A stretch of DNA of 64,000 bases, from assembly GCF_963921235.1 (NCBI RefSeq), contig NC_086097.1, positions 83,268,001-83,332,000 of the forward strand, written 5' to 3'. The first letter of the stretch is position 1, and each line of letters begins with the position of its first letter. Under the pieces are notes generated by a model, which saw only the letters and a list, made by a program, of their open reading frames with translations, made no database searches and was not told where the DNA came from. Shown one piece after another: positions 25,053-37,493 of the stretch. Origin of the DNA: Mobula hypostoma. Lineage: Eukaryota. The position numbers were made by a program, and so were the translations under genes.

Positions 25053-28000
25053 TGAGAGCACTGATGTTCCATCATCACCTGGGCTAGCCATCATTGCTCG
25101 ATTTTGTAGGAGTGATAAAATATGTAAAGAACTAGTTAACCTGGGAATGTTACCTGAAAAAAACCACAGAGCTGAAATATGTAAAATAATACCAAAAGAA
25201 GAGTCTAGTTGACAAGTTAACCATTCGAAAATAGTTTCTGTGACACTGATGGTGCACCCAGCGTGATTAGTAAAGAGGGAGTCTTGGATAAATTTTTGAT
25301 AAATATATTAGATATCCACTGTCATTGTTAAGTACATGAGGAGGCTTTGTATGCAAAAGCTGGTTTTAATGAACTTGAAGCAATGGAAATTGTAGCCAAA
25401 GTAATTAATTTTATTTCTGGACATGCTTAGAAAAAAAAGACAACTTCAGAATGTACTGAGTGAGGTGAATTCAGTGTATACAGGACTACTTACGAACAAT
25501 GATGTTCATTGTCTTTGTAGAGCTACTGTTCTTAAATGATTTGATGAGTGAATAAAATTCATCTATTTTTGACGAATGGAAAATGTTCTTGTCAAGAATT
25601 ATTGACATTGTGAGGATTTGTAGATTGATATTTTCTGCAGACTTCTCCTCGCATTTAAATAACTTGCATAGCAAATTACAGGAATCTGGCAAAATGCTTG
25701 ATGTCATGTATGATAAAACAAAAGCCTTTGAAATCAAACTGGAAGTATTTAAATGTGATGCCAGAAATGGCACTTTTCAGTATTTCCCACATCTAAAAAA
25801 CACATGACAGATATTGAAATTTCCGAGAAGACAGACACTCAAAACCTTCCAATTCAATTTGTGCACTTCATTGCTTCAACTACTGAATAATTTTCTTTAA
25901 GATTCTCTAAGTTCAGGTAATTTGAAGAAACTGAAAACTTATGCAGACAGTGTAACATTAGACAAACCAAATTTCAAAATGTTGCAGCAGATTGATTTGG
26001 ATAATTTTGAAATGCAATTGATTGATTTACAAAGCAGCTCAATTTGGAGGCAAAAATTTGTTGCCTTCAGAGTTGATCTAGAAAATGTTGAAAGAGTTCG
26101 GTTAGTGACAGGATCAAAGCGTAAAAATCCAGACAGTGAAGTTTTGAAACTGGAATTCCATTCTTGAAACATTTAACTGTCTGGAAAATCTTGCAATGGC
26201 AATATTAACATCATTTTCAGTACTATTCATCTGAACAGCATGCTCATGCGAGTCATTGTTTTCGGTGATGAACTCAGTCAAGTCTAATTATAGGAGAAGA
26301 CTTTCTGATGAACCTAGTGCTATGCGCATAACTCCAGAACAACTAAATACAAGCCAGATGTAAAGTATTTGTCATTGTTAGTGCAGCAGCAAGTCTCACT
26401 GAGAGTGAAGTGTGTTTATTGTCCTTTCCATGATCTTTTATGAATATGCACCAAAGCTTTTAATCTCACAATCACGTTTCTTATGTCATGTGGTACAATC
26501 ACAATATTATTTAGCAATGATATTTTTGATTGTTTTTAAATTGATATTAATAAATTTTGAATAGCTTTTCTAAAATGCATTTATTTCAGTCTCAATTTGT
26601 TGTGTTTAATAGTAAAATGATTACAAATACAGTAAATAAGCAATTTAACAGTCCATAATTATTAATACATAATATTTATTAATAATTATTAATTGTTAAT
26701 TAATATTAATAGTCCATTAATCGTTGATAATATCTGCTCAAAGTTACAGTGGCATGCGAGCTCATTTTTAGATTACCCCCAGTTTGGGCACATGCTCTCC
26801 AAAAGGTTTGCTACCCCTGCATTAAATCAGACAATTGGTTTAAAAAAAATATGCAACTTGCCTTATTCTTCCCTACAGTTCTCATGTGACTCTGGGATCC
26901 ACAGGAAGATGGACAGCAGAGCACAGCTGGGAAATGGCTGGTGGAGGCCAGTTACGTTGGCACAAGTGTCGCAAAATTTACCAGCACCTGAGCTGAGAAA
27001 TTGTGAGAATTCCTCATGGAGTTGCTGACCGAACTCTGCAAAACTAATGCCAAGACTAAATAAAGTCACTCATTTTTTAAAAATCAACTTGGCAGAGAGG
27101 AACAGAAGTATTTGGTAGCACAAAACATAAATCAGTGAAGATTAGATGCAAATTAATAAGTAATAAGAAAGCAAAGAACTAGCTTTTAATTTTGGAGAGA
27201 ACTATCTTTTATTTCTGGAGCTATTTAAAAAAAAATCTGCAAATTTGTGCTGAGGTTGTATCCAAATTTTGAATACAGTTATGGTCATTATATCATAGGA
27301 AGAAGAAAAAACAAAAGTTTTCACAAGGATGATGGCAGGACTCTTTTTTTATATCAGGAGATTTTTTTTTAAAAAGGGCTGATACGTAATCTAGTTATTA
27401 ACAATCTGGAAGATTTTGATCAGGAAGAAGCAGAGTCAATGTTTCCAATTGTGGAGAAGAATGAAACTATTAATGTGAAGTACTCACCAAGAAATTAGAT
27501 AGGGAATTTAAAAGAGTCACCTTTACCTGAAGGGAGGTGTAAACTTGCAACCCCTTGTCACAGGAAGTAGTTGAAATGAATAGTACGAATGTGTTTCTTG
27601 GAAGCATGTAAGAAAGAAGGGATAAGAGGGTTTTTTTCTGATAAATGAGAAAGGGTGGCACTATAATCAAATAGATCAGAAATAGCTGGAGATACTAGGC
27701 CAAAGGTCTGTTTCTCTGCTGCAAGTTCAATGTAAGGTTCAGTAAGTCAACTACCAATTCAATTAGCAAATTATGTTCTCAATATTGTTACACAAGGATT
27801 TTATTGAAGATTTAGATTTAGAGTAAGAGTAAGTGTGTTACTCCATCATCCTGTCTTGTCACGTGCTCTGGAATTTTACCTGAATAAATCTTGCTGTCCT
27901 CTTGACATTTAAACTCTGCAAGAAAATATCTATTCTGGATGAGCACCCATGTGTTTTCTGTTTCAGATATTACTGACCTTGTCTCTAGTCCGAGGCATGG

Positions 28001-28739
28001 CAGCAGTTTATTACTGATTATCCCATACCAGTGTCAGCACTTTGATCAGGTGCCAATTCAGATCTATGATTGCCCACTGGTATGTTTGAAATGTAGTTCA
28101 ATAAGTAGGGAAATGAAAGAGAACAACATAGCAATAAGCATTGTTGCTTGTCCTTTATTCCACCCACAAGAAAGGCCGTGGATGATGTGAATTTGGGCAG
28201 AATTCACAAATGCTATGTACTGAAGCCAAGTGACATTTTTTTGTAAAAAAAAATGTTGATAAGTTGGTTACAAATACATGAGTGAATAGTGTTCTAGTAA
28301 AGTGCCAATGGAAAACATGTCTTGGCATGTTGCCTGGGAATGACACATGTTGATGTTATGTTTGGCAAGTTGTAGGTGTTAAGATGGCATGTCACCTACT
28401 GAAGGGGAAAGAATGTCAAGCAGCAGGGATGGTTACATAGCGTGTGATTTTTCATTAAAAATGTACTGAGGGATTACCAATTGCCAGTGTTGCGGCTTTT
28501 CGGTAAAGTCGTTAAACCTGGATTGGTTATTGTGTGTTTATTAATTAAGCCTGTTCAGGAGGAAAAGACAAAACCAAAATCTTGCCTGCATTTCAATAAT
28601 CGGGCCCTAAACTGTACTATTGTACTGTTGTTTGAAAGGTAGAATTTGTTTAGCAATGCCCACCATTTGTTTAATGAGCTTTTTAGAAGTGTTGAAAACA
28701 TGCTATCATTACATTTTTTAAAGTATAATTCTCTTCAGC

Positions 28740-29418
28740 ATTGTAGCCTCCTCTACATCAGTGAGACCTGAAGTAGATTGAGTCATCACTTCTCATTAAA
28801 CACTTTTGCTTCACCTGCCATAATAACCGGGATCTCCAAAATGGTGGCCAGCTTTTTTAATTCTCCTTCCCATTCTCACACTAATGTGTCTGTCCACGAC
28901 CTCCTCTACTGCCAAGTTGAGGATAGATGCAGAATAGAGGAATAATACCTTGTATTCCGTCTTGGTAGTCTCCAACCTGATGACATTAACATCGATTTCC
29001 CTAACTTCTGTTTGCCCACACCATTCTCTACCATCTGCCCATCACCCATACCAACCATCATCTGGTTCCCCACCTAATTCCCCTTATTCCGTGGCCTGCT
29101 ATCCTTTTCTGTCAGATTCCATCCATTTCAGCCCTTTGCCTCTTCCTCCTGTCACATCATTCCCACTTCCCACTCCATACCCCCCTCATCTTCCCTCCTC
29201 AGCTGGATTCATCTATCACTTGCCAATTTGTGCTCCTCACCCCTCCCCTCCCTTCCCTTTTATTCTGGCTTCTGCCCTCTTTCTTTCCAGTCCTGATGAA
29301 GGGTCTCATCAGGTCTGATCATTTTCCTCCATAGACGATGCCTGATCTGCTGAGTTCCTCTAACATTTTATGTGGTATTTCTCAGATTTCCAGCTTTTGC
29401 ATAATCTTTTTTGTGTCT
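28740..29418 (+). mobile_element. Degenerate PLE 3' fragment
   Basis: ctcctctacatcagtgagacc..ttccgtcttggtagtctccaacctgatg..cagtcctgatgaagggtctc. Confidence 0.8.
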
Positions 29419-29499
29419 TCTGTTTATGCAATAGTGTGTAGGGTCTAAATTAATCATCTTTGTAGGTGCAAATACTGTTTCATTGAAATATTTGGCAGC

Positions 29500-29920
29500 T
29501 TTGGGCCTGTACTCACTGGAATTTAGAAGAATGTGAGGGGATCTCATTGAAACCTACTGAATGTTGAAAGGACTAGATAGGGTGGATGTGGAGAGGCTGT
29601 TTTCTATGGTGGGGATATCCAGAACTAGAGGGTACAGCCTCAAAATTGATGGGCAACCCTTTAGAACAGAGGGAAGGAGGAATTATTTTAGCCAGAGAGT
29701 AGTACATCTGTGGGATGCTCGGCCACAGACGGTGGCGAAGGCCAAGTCCGTGGATATATCTAAGGCAGAATTGATAGTTTCCTGATAGTCAGGGCATCAA
29801 AGGATAGGACAAGGAGGCAGGTGTATGGTGTTGAGTGGGATCCAGGATCAACCATGATGGAATGGAGGAGCAGACAATGGCTGAATGGCCTAATTCTGCT
29901 CCTATATCTTATGGTCTTAT
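29500..29920 (+). mobile_element. CR1 3' end fragment
   Basis: LKGLDRVDVERLF..SRTRGYSL..FSQRVVHLW; tail tcttatggtcttat. Confidence 0.85.
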
Positions 29921-31269
29921 TCACATGAGTAAGATTGACATTACCAGTGTTAGCAAAGATGGAACTTACTTTTGCCTTTTTTCTTTATTTCTTTTCTCAT
30001 GACTTTAATTTCCTCTTTCTTGCCACAAAGGAACATAAAATATCAGCTAAGAAAACATGAGCTGTTTTATGGCTGTACCATCTCAAACTTGTAAATGACA
30101 GACAAGATTGTTGATATCTTTAAAAAAAAAATGTGCAGAAGTAATCCTGTTGATTTAAATCACTGTAGAAAGTTCCATGCTGAGTAAAGAACACATTTGA
30201 TGACGTGCTGAGCTCAGGAAATGTCTGGAGACCAAAGGTCTATGCTTAGTTGCTCTTTAAAAACAGCTGGATCTGAAATTCTTTGAGTTTTTAGTGTTTC
30301 GATAACAGTAAAATATGTTCCATTTTAAATGGTGGCAATCCCATTGCAGTTGTAATCTCAGTGATCATTTGGAAACTTTCTGTGCCTGTCCTGATTCTCT
30401 GGACAATGTATCTGCATTAGGGTGCTTGTTCCACTTAGACATCACTGTGGCCTTAGAAACTTCCTTGGTTTTCCTTTAGGAAGCTTGGTGCACACTCTGT
30501 AGCTGGAAAGAAGAAGTGTGAAATTCCGGACGTCTGCTTCAGTTACCTGAAGTTGAACAAACCCTGCTCTGTTTTCCTCTCCTCACTTCGCCTAGTGAGG
30601 AAGAAATCTCTGTACAATACATAATCACTGCATTCAGATTCAATGCCAGCACCACCAACCAGTGTAGCAATATCTCTGATCCCTCTTGGGGGAAAAGCAC
30701 TGCCCTTTGAAGAAAGCAGCGTGTTTGACCTTTGGTAAATATGAAGTGTAAATTGTCCAGTACATACCCAAGACTCAAGTGAGTGATCATTGCTAACCAG
30801 CAATTTAAACAATTACTAAGATTAATGTTTGACTGTCATCCTTCTGATTTAAGCAAATAATTTGCTGTGATGAATTGAGCTGGTGGAAGACTTACGTAGA
30901 TTAATGAATGTTAGTGTTGTGTTCTTTTCATTGGAAGAGACTACAAACAAAATATGACTATGGAAATGGTTTTCGGATGCAAATGGTGCAAAAATCAAGC
31001 ATGTTGTTTTCTAGCTATGGTTAAAGGACATATTTTCAAAAACATTATATTGACAAGTTATTTACAGTGCTTTGTAACTTAACATTAAATTAGTAATTTT
31101 ATTTCAGATCACTCATTCAGATTTATTGATATGCATGTTCCTTCAATTCATTCTGTCCGTCTCTCTCACTGTTATACTTTCTCTTGCTCTGTCTCCCTGT
31201 CTTCTCCCCCCTCCTGCTCTCACATCTGCCCCCGCCCCCCCCCACCCTCATCTCTCCCATCCTGCCCCT

Positions 31270-31371
31270 GGAGTGCGCTCTCTCTGTCTCTCTGTATCCC
31301 TCTCTCTCCCTCACTGCCTCTCTCTCTCACTGCCCCTCCCCTTCCTCCCTCCCTCCCCCCCCTCTCTCCCT

Positions 31372-31410
<39 letters not shown>

Positions 31411-31425
31411 GCCCCCCTCTCTGTC

Positions 31426-31469
<44 letters not shown>

Positions 31470-31486
31470 ATGCCCCCCTCTCTGTC

Positions 31487-31517
<31 letters not shown>

Positions 31518-31520
31518 GTC

Positions 31521-31561
<41 letters not shown>

Positions 31562-31576
31562 TGCTCTCTCTCTCTC
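31270..31576. repeat. (CT)n/(CTGT)n low-complexity tract with an internal ~60-bp duplication
   Basis: The block (ct)n-catgcccccctctctgtctctgtctgtctgtc occurs twice. Confidence 0.9.
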
Positions 31577-33914
31577 CTGGATTTGGTTGACCATGGAATC
31601 AGAAAGGTCAGTAGGCAGTGTGTTCTTGGAGAGATTACTTCAGTAACAGTGATTTTCCAGCTTTGCTGGCTTCCCACAAAGTCTTTGGCTGTACTCGCAT
31701 GCCAGTATGGGTCTCACTAATAACACAGTCCATTTCATTAACTGGAACAGTTTCCACTCCCTCAGTTCTATGGTTGTGAGTCATCAGATTTCCCTTCTGG
31801 TCAATGGTATGTTATAACAGCACAGGAACAGACCTTTGGCCCACTGAGTCTTCACCCTGTGAGGACCATCAAGCACCTATACTGTATACTAACCACACGC
31901 CAATCCAATTTAAAACTCCTACGTTCACATCAAATACCGCCTACCCCCTCCACCTCCCTCGCCACACCACTGGAAACAGGATTTGTAGTTGGAGAATTCA
32001 GTGGAAGTTTAGTATGGGACTCAATAATTAAGGAGAAAGTACTCAATACCTCAGCCGCTCAGATAGGAGTAAATCCCCAGAACCAGATGGAATTTAATTC
32101 TGGCTTCCACAGAAGGCAAGGGAAGAGATTGATGGGGACTCTGGCTGAGATTTTTAAATGTTTATTGAATATCCGTGAGATGCCAGGTGACGGGCAAATG
32201 TCACCACCCTCAGCACCCAGATGAGCAGTGAATGCAGGAGTGTAGCGACTCTCTTATGTCAAGACTGTCTGTAAGGATCCTGCTAAATCTTAATCCTCAA
32301 TGCAGACAAAGTGACAACCTCCACACTCCCATCCTTAACGCCAATGTATTTCACCAGCAACCAGCAGCAAGCCCAGATGTTGTGTTATTATCCCTTACCC
32401 TCCTTTGCAGGATCACTTGCACCAATCAGAACATGTAACTAAATGAGTCAATGACAATTGAATTTGCTTGCTATAACTGTTTCCAGTGGTGAGCTATTCA
32501 CCCTGACAAATCTTGGAAGGACCTGAAATTTAGTTCTGCATTGATTGAATGAGTGGGGATTTCACACCCGGAGGAGAGCCAGGCTTTTTCTGTTGCAATC
32601 CTGGTAGATCTCCTGGCCCAAACAAACAGAACACTGGAAGAACTCAAGCAGCATCTGTGGAGAGGAAAGTATAATGGATGTTATGGATTAGGACCCTGCA
32701 TCAGAACAAAAATTTTACTTGAAAAATCAGCTTACACCTCTTGCCTTCACAATTGCTGTTGAGTTCTTCCTGTGCCCAGTTTTTGTTCCAGATTTCAGCA
32801 TCTGCTGTCCCTTTTGACTTGAGTCATCTTTGCCTTTCTGGCCTACACACAGGGCCTCCCTTTTTGGAATTTTCTCTCTAGTGAAACCTGCAGATGATTT
32901 TGTCTTTCTCATGCGGCTCTCTTTCTCCCTTTGCTGTAGTCGGTGTGCCTTTAAGGGTTGATGCCCATCTCAGATTGTTGCACAGCAAATTGTAAAACAC
33001 TTTGCTAAACTGCTGGCAGAGCAGCTGGAAGCCATGCATAATATTTAATATTAATGTATTTGGCAAAGCATGCACTCTAATTGGTTTCTCATGGGCATTG
33101 GTTATGAGACACAGTTTACACTTGAATATCTCTTCCCTAGGCATTTCTCTGTTCTAAAGCCTTATAATTGAAGAGGATTCAGTCAATCATTAGCTAATTG
33201 ACTTTAAATATTGGCTGTATTATTCTCCCTCTATAGAAGCTACCTGGCCTGCTGAGTTTTTACAGCATTTTCTTTTGTTTCTGCTTCTCAACATATTTCG
33301 TGTTCTGCTTTTGAATTAACAACTTAGTTATTTATTGCCTGTGGGTGATTTTGGAGATAAAATCGATCAACTTAAGACCCTTAAAAGAAAACCTATCAAT
33401 TGACAGTCTGTCAGAGTGTCAATAACCTTGAAGATCTAATCTTCACTCCCCTCAGATGACATGGAAACAAACCTTATTTGTCAAATGTTGTCAGATATAG
33501 GTGGATGAAGAGAACTGTTTACAGTCTGCATGGAGAGGCCGCATTGGGTAAAATTCCTGAGATGGAGGTTTGGCATAGTCCCAGTCAAGCAAGCAATCTA
33601 TGAATGTTTTACCTCCAAATAAAAAGTCTGCTGGAAAATTTTATGAATTGCACTGTGCTCAACATGTCTTCTTTCCTGGGGAAGCATAGCGCAGTGTTTT
33701 CATTTTAACGAAGAACCTTAGGCATTTGCTGTCAGTTTAGTTCTCAATATCTTCCACCTTATACACACATACAGGAATTTGTGGGAGTGATCTCTGTGTG
33801 TTAAGACTTTATTGGGGCATCGTAGGTTGCAGAATAAAGCAGCTCTTTGTCTCTATATCATTTAGGAGGTTGAGATGACTGATTTCTGAATTAAAAGCAA
33901 GGCAAGGATTGCTA

Positions 33915-34090
33915 ACATAACAGCAGATCAGGCAGCATCAATAGAGGAGAATAAACAGTTGATATTTCTGGCCGAGACCCTTCATCAGGATTGAAAAGGA
34001 AGGGGAAAGAATCCAGAATAAGAAGGTGGGAGGGAAAGGAGTGCAAATTGGGAGGTGATAGGTGAAGCCAGGTGAGGGGGGGAGGGAGAT
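33915..34090 (-). mobile_element. PLE terminus fragment with hammerhead-like core
   Basis: Minus strand 33956-33993 reads caatc-CTGATGA-A-GGGTCTCGGCCA-GAAA-TA-TC-aactg. Confidence 0.75.
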
Positions 34091-35029
34091 TGTTTCCCTC
34101 CAGGTGCTCTTTCAGTTTGATCATGTCTGCAAGCTGTGAGACAGAGTGGCTCAAAGATTTTGCGGCTATTTTTTGCTTGTGTGTCTCTTAAAGCTGGGCG
34201 TTTACCATCAAATCCTCATCCTAAAATCCCTTTATATAGTCTGGACATTTACAAATGTAACATTGAATGGAATTGTGTTATAACTTATCATTGGCAGTCT
34301 TTCAGTTTGGAATGACTTACATGAGAAGTTGCTCTGAAATCCCTATGTGTCCTGACCATATAATTTACCAGAAGAGTTACCAAACCACAGGGAATGGCAG
34401 CACTGTAGCAGCTTTGTTCTTTGCTGATCTGGTTCCAAAGGCATTTAGTGAACAGAACGTACATTGTATGGTTTCTTGTAGAAGGGTAAAACTGAATTGA
34501 CAGTCCATCCCCTCAGACCAGCACACAGTGGCTAACAGTAGAACTCTGGTCACACATTGTATGACTGTGTGGAAGGTCTTTTTAAGCTGCTGTCACTTGC
34601 CTATCCGTTCTATAGTGACGACAAAATTTGCTGCTGCACATATGGAGCAAATATTCATTTACCCTTTAGGCTGTGTCAGTATGTCAAAAACCGTGTAAAT
34701 TGCAAAGATTGCACACAATTAAGGTTTCCTGGTTACTGAGACACCAGCTGGAATATTCCCCATTCTGTCATCTGCCAGAATTTTGTTACGAGTCTTCACA
34801 GACTGCTCACACTTGATTCCCATCCCATTATACACTTCAGCATCTTCTCTTCCTTTGCGGTAACAGTATTTGAACTTGATTTTGCTTATTTGCGATAAAC
34901 AGGCAATTTGAATTGCGACAAAACACAAGACCAAGATTATCCGGACATCTCCCTCACAGCTAAATGATAAGGACACTCATCTGCTTTCATTTTCTTTGAC
35001 ATCATTATGATGTGTACACACTAGGTCAT

Positions 35030-35735
35030 TATTCAAAGTTCAAATTTATTATCAAAATATGTATATCGTATACAACCTTAAGATACGGTTTCTTGCAGGC
35101 ACTCACAAAACGAAGAAACACAATAGAATTCACTAAAAAGCACACATAATAAAGACCGCCACTTATTCAATGTGTAAAAGAGGACAAATTGCAGAAATTT
35201 TTTTTAAGTAAACAAATAACACCTGGAACAAGAACTGCAGAATCACCAAAAGTGAGTTCACAGGTTGTGTAGTCAGTTCAGCACTGGTGGCGTGGGACTC
35301 AAAACTCCTGCACCTCCTGTTCCACAGGAGTAGCGAGAAGAGAGGGAGACGGGTCAAATGCAGGCAGATGGCGCTGAACACCTGTTCATTTTTTTTGCTC
35401 TTTGCCTTGATGATTTTAATCTTGCTCGATGCTTTAATCAGCGTGGAGCCGAGCACGGGTTCATCTTCTGCTATCAGGTCTCGGCACAATGTTCAACCCC
35501 CAGCGATGATTTCCCCAGCCGTAGCGTCTCTCTCTCGAGAGTCTACTTTGCTAAATCCCCCAGGAGAATGCAAAGGTGCCAGTTCGTTTAGTCAGTCCAA
35601 AAGTCCAGCCCTTCAAGGGAAATTACAGGCTGCAGGTACAGTGATCACAGTTCAAAAGAAGTACGTCCGCTAGAGTATCTAGTAGTTTTGTGAGCTTCCT
35701 GCAAACCATCACTTTTGGTCACCAGCATCATCTTT
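35030..35735 (-). mobile_element. Putative non-autonomous non-LTR element (non-coding body, LINE-like tail)
   Basis: Minus strand begins aagatgatgc (degenerate AAGATGGCG) and ends aataaatttgaactttgaa; no recognisable ORF. Confidence 0.45.
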
Positions 35736-35984
35736 CCCCAAGCACTATCATTCTTGACTCAATTTTATTTGGCATAAATAAGCAGCAGAAAAGAATAAAC
35801 CAGTTTTATCTGCAGTTTCTCTTTCACTGGGATTTATGAAGTCCAACGTATAATATGGATCATTGTAAGGACTGGCAATTTCATTTTTGAAAGAATTCCT
35901 AAATGCAAGATTAAGCAGTTTACAAATAATAAAGCATTCTACACATAAATTCTACTCGAGCTTCCAGCAGAGAACATATATTGA

Positions 35985-36476
35985 TTATAATCAACATTTC
36001 AATGACAACCTCTGCCATCTTCATCAGGGATGCTGCTAGGGCATATCTAATCCAGAGGTATTTATACTCCCGTCGTCCCTCATGATTGTTTCGTCCTCAT
36101 CCAATCAGGTTTCTACTCTCCCACCTTGTTTACAGTCGAATTCCAGTTGTTACTTGGGGCAAGACCTTCGTCTTTGTTAGAAGTCTTTTCCTCTAGTTTT
36201 ATTTCAATGGCTTTCTTTACCAGGCAGCCCCAGAAGCCATTGGCATGGCACAGTAGTTTTGTGCCATCAAAGTCAATCCTACGGCCATTGTGAATGCAGT
36301 GGTCTGCTACCACTGACTACTCTGGGTAACCCAAACGGATACACCTCCTGTGCTCCTTGATGCAGGTTTCCACTGTGTGTTCCAGCTGGCCAATATTGAT
36401 TGCTCCGCAGTCACAAGAAATCCTGTAAACACCAGCTGACCTAAGTCCCAGATCATCTTTGACCCGTATGAGCTGT
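35985..36476 (-). mobile_element. Penelope/Poseidon-type PLE 3' fragment (second family)
   Basis: KDDLGLRSAGVYRISCDCGAINIGQ..IKEHRR; VADHCIHNGRRIDF..KKAIEI..NKDEGL (GIY-YIG). Confidence 0.85.
35990..36032 (-). ncRNA. Putative minimal hammerhead ribozyme, second sequence family
   Basis: Minus strand reads CTGATGA-A-GATGGCA-gaggt-TGTCATT-GAAA-TG-TT: 7-bp helix II including G-U pairs; helix I imperfect. Confidence 0.6.
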
Positions 36477-36479
36477 GAT

Positions 36480-37282
36480 TTTAAATCAAGTTTAATTGTC
36501 ATTCAAACCATACATAGGTACAGCCAAATGAGACAGTGTATCTCTGGGGCCAAGGTGCAAAAGCATACATCCAAAATAACAAGAAAGGAAAAAAAGAATG
36601 TAGTTGCGTAAGGAAACAAATTTTCAGATAAAGTTCCTGAACGATTAAGGCCTGCAGATTGATAGTTCCCAGCAGTCTAGCCTGTAATTCCACTAATCCA
36701 CCACTAGAGGGAAGCACCAATGGGGGAGATCACCCCCAACCAAACCCAGATGCCATGCTACAATGCAAGCCCGAGGACTGAGGCCTAGTCCTAGCTACAA
36801 CCCAGTGACACTACTGCCTCGCCGCAGACTTCATCATCAAACAAAGGAAGCAGGCCTACAGCAATCAATGTCCAACAGGGTCTTGCGATCGCAAAAGGAA
36901 CTCATGGTTTCACTGCATGCTGCCTTTGCGCCAACTCAAAAACACCAACTCCAATGCCTCTGAGTAGCAGGCAGCAGCATGGTCTCCTCCCAGTTACCTC
37001 TTCTGAACCCAACCTCCTGCGGCCCAGTGGCCCGACCCGGCCCAACAGCCCATCTTGTCATCCCCCAGCCCGATATCCCGCTCACCTTCTCTGAACCACT
37101 GGCCAGCTCTTGCAACACGCCAGTCAGCTACTCCAAACAATGAGCACTTCACCGATGTGATAGACCTGCTGTACAGGTAGTTATAGGAGTAAAGAATAAT
37201 CTTACTATGCGTAAAAACTCACTTAACAAGGAAAAAAACACTTCCCGAGAGGCGGCTGCGTATATACTCACCGCCATCTTAC
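36480..37282 (-). mobile_element. Putative non-autonomous non-LTR element adjoining the PLE fragment
   Basis: Minus strand starts AAGATGGCGG (37272-37281) and ends tgacaattaaacttgattt; GC-richer non-coding body. Confidence 0.5.
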
Positions 37283-37493
37283 TGGAAGTTATCTATGGAA
37301 GATGATAGGAATTTTCTTATGAAATACTGTACCTTTGAATGAACCAGAGAAGGCCTCTAAATTTTGGATGTGATTATAAAGCTTTATTTCACTCTAGTTG
37401 AGTGCTTTGAACACTCAATTTCTACATTCAGTTTGCAAGCACAAGAATGGATGAGAAACAACTGAGATAAAACACAATACTTAAACTAATTGT

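Larger units (their letters stand above)
21386..26819 (+). mobile_element. Decayed hAT (Charlie/Buster group, GTF2IRD2/hAT1-like) DNA transposon interrupted by CR1 insertions
   Basis: Left end CAGAATGGTATACCTCTGGCACATGTGCCC; right end GGGCACATG..AAAAGGTTTGCTACCCCTG. Transposase remnants RHYETVH, SFEVSKIIAQHGKPLSDGECVK, ESTDV, TDGAP, HLNNLHSKLQ, CESLFSVMN. Imperfect flanks CATTGATC/CATTAAATC. Confidence 0.8.

Noticed and set aside
30479..30760. Good splice acceptor followed by a possible exon
   Set aside because: All three frames hit stops and there is no recognisable homology; a non-coding or terminal exon cannot be excluded.
31123..31720. Overlapping 120-180 aa ORFs
   Set aside because: Low-complexity CT tract that lacks stop codons.
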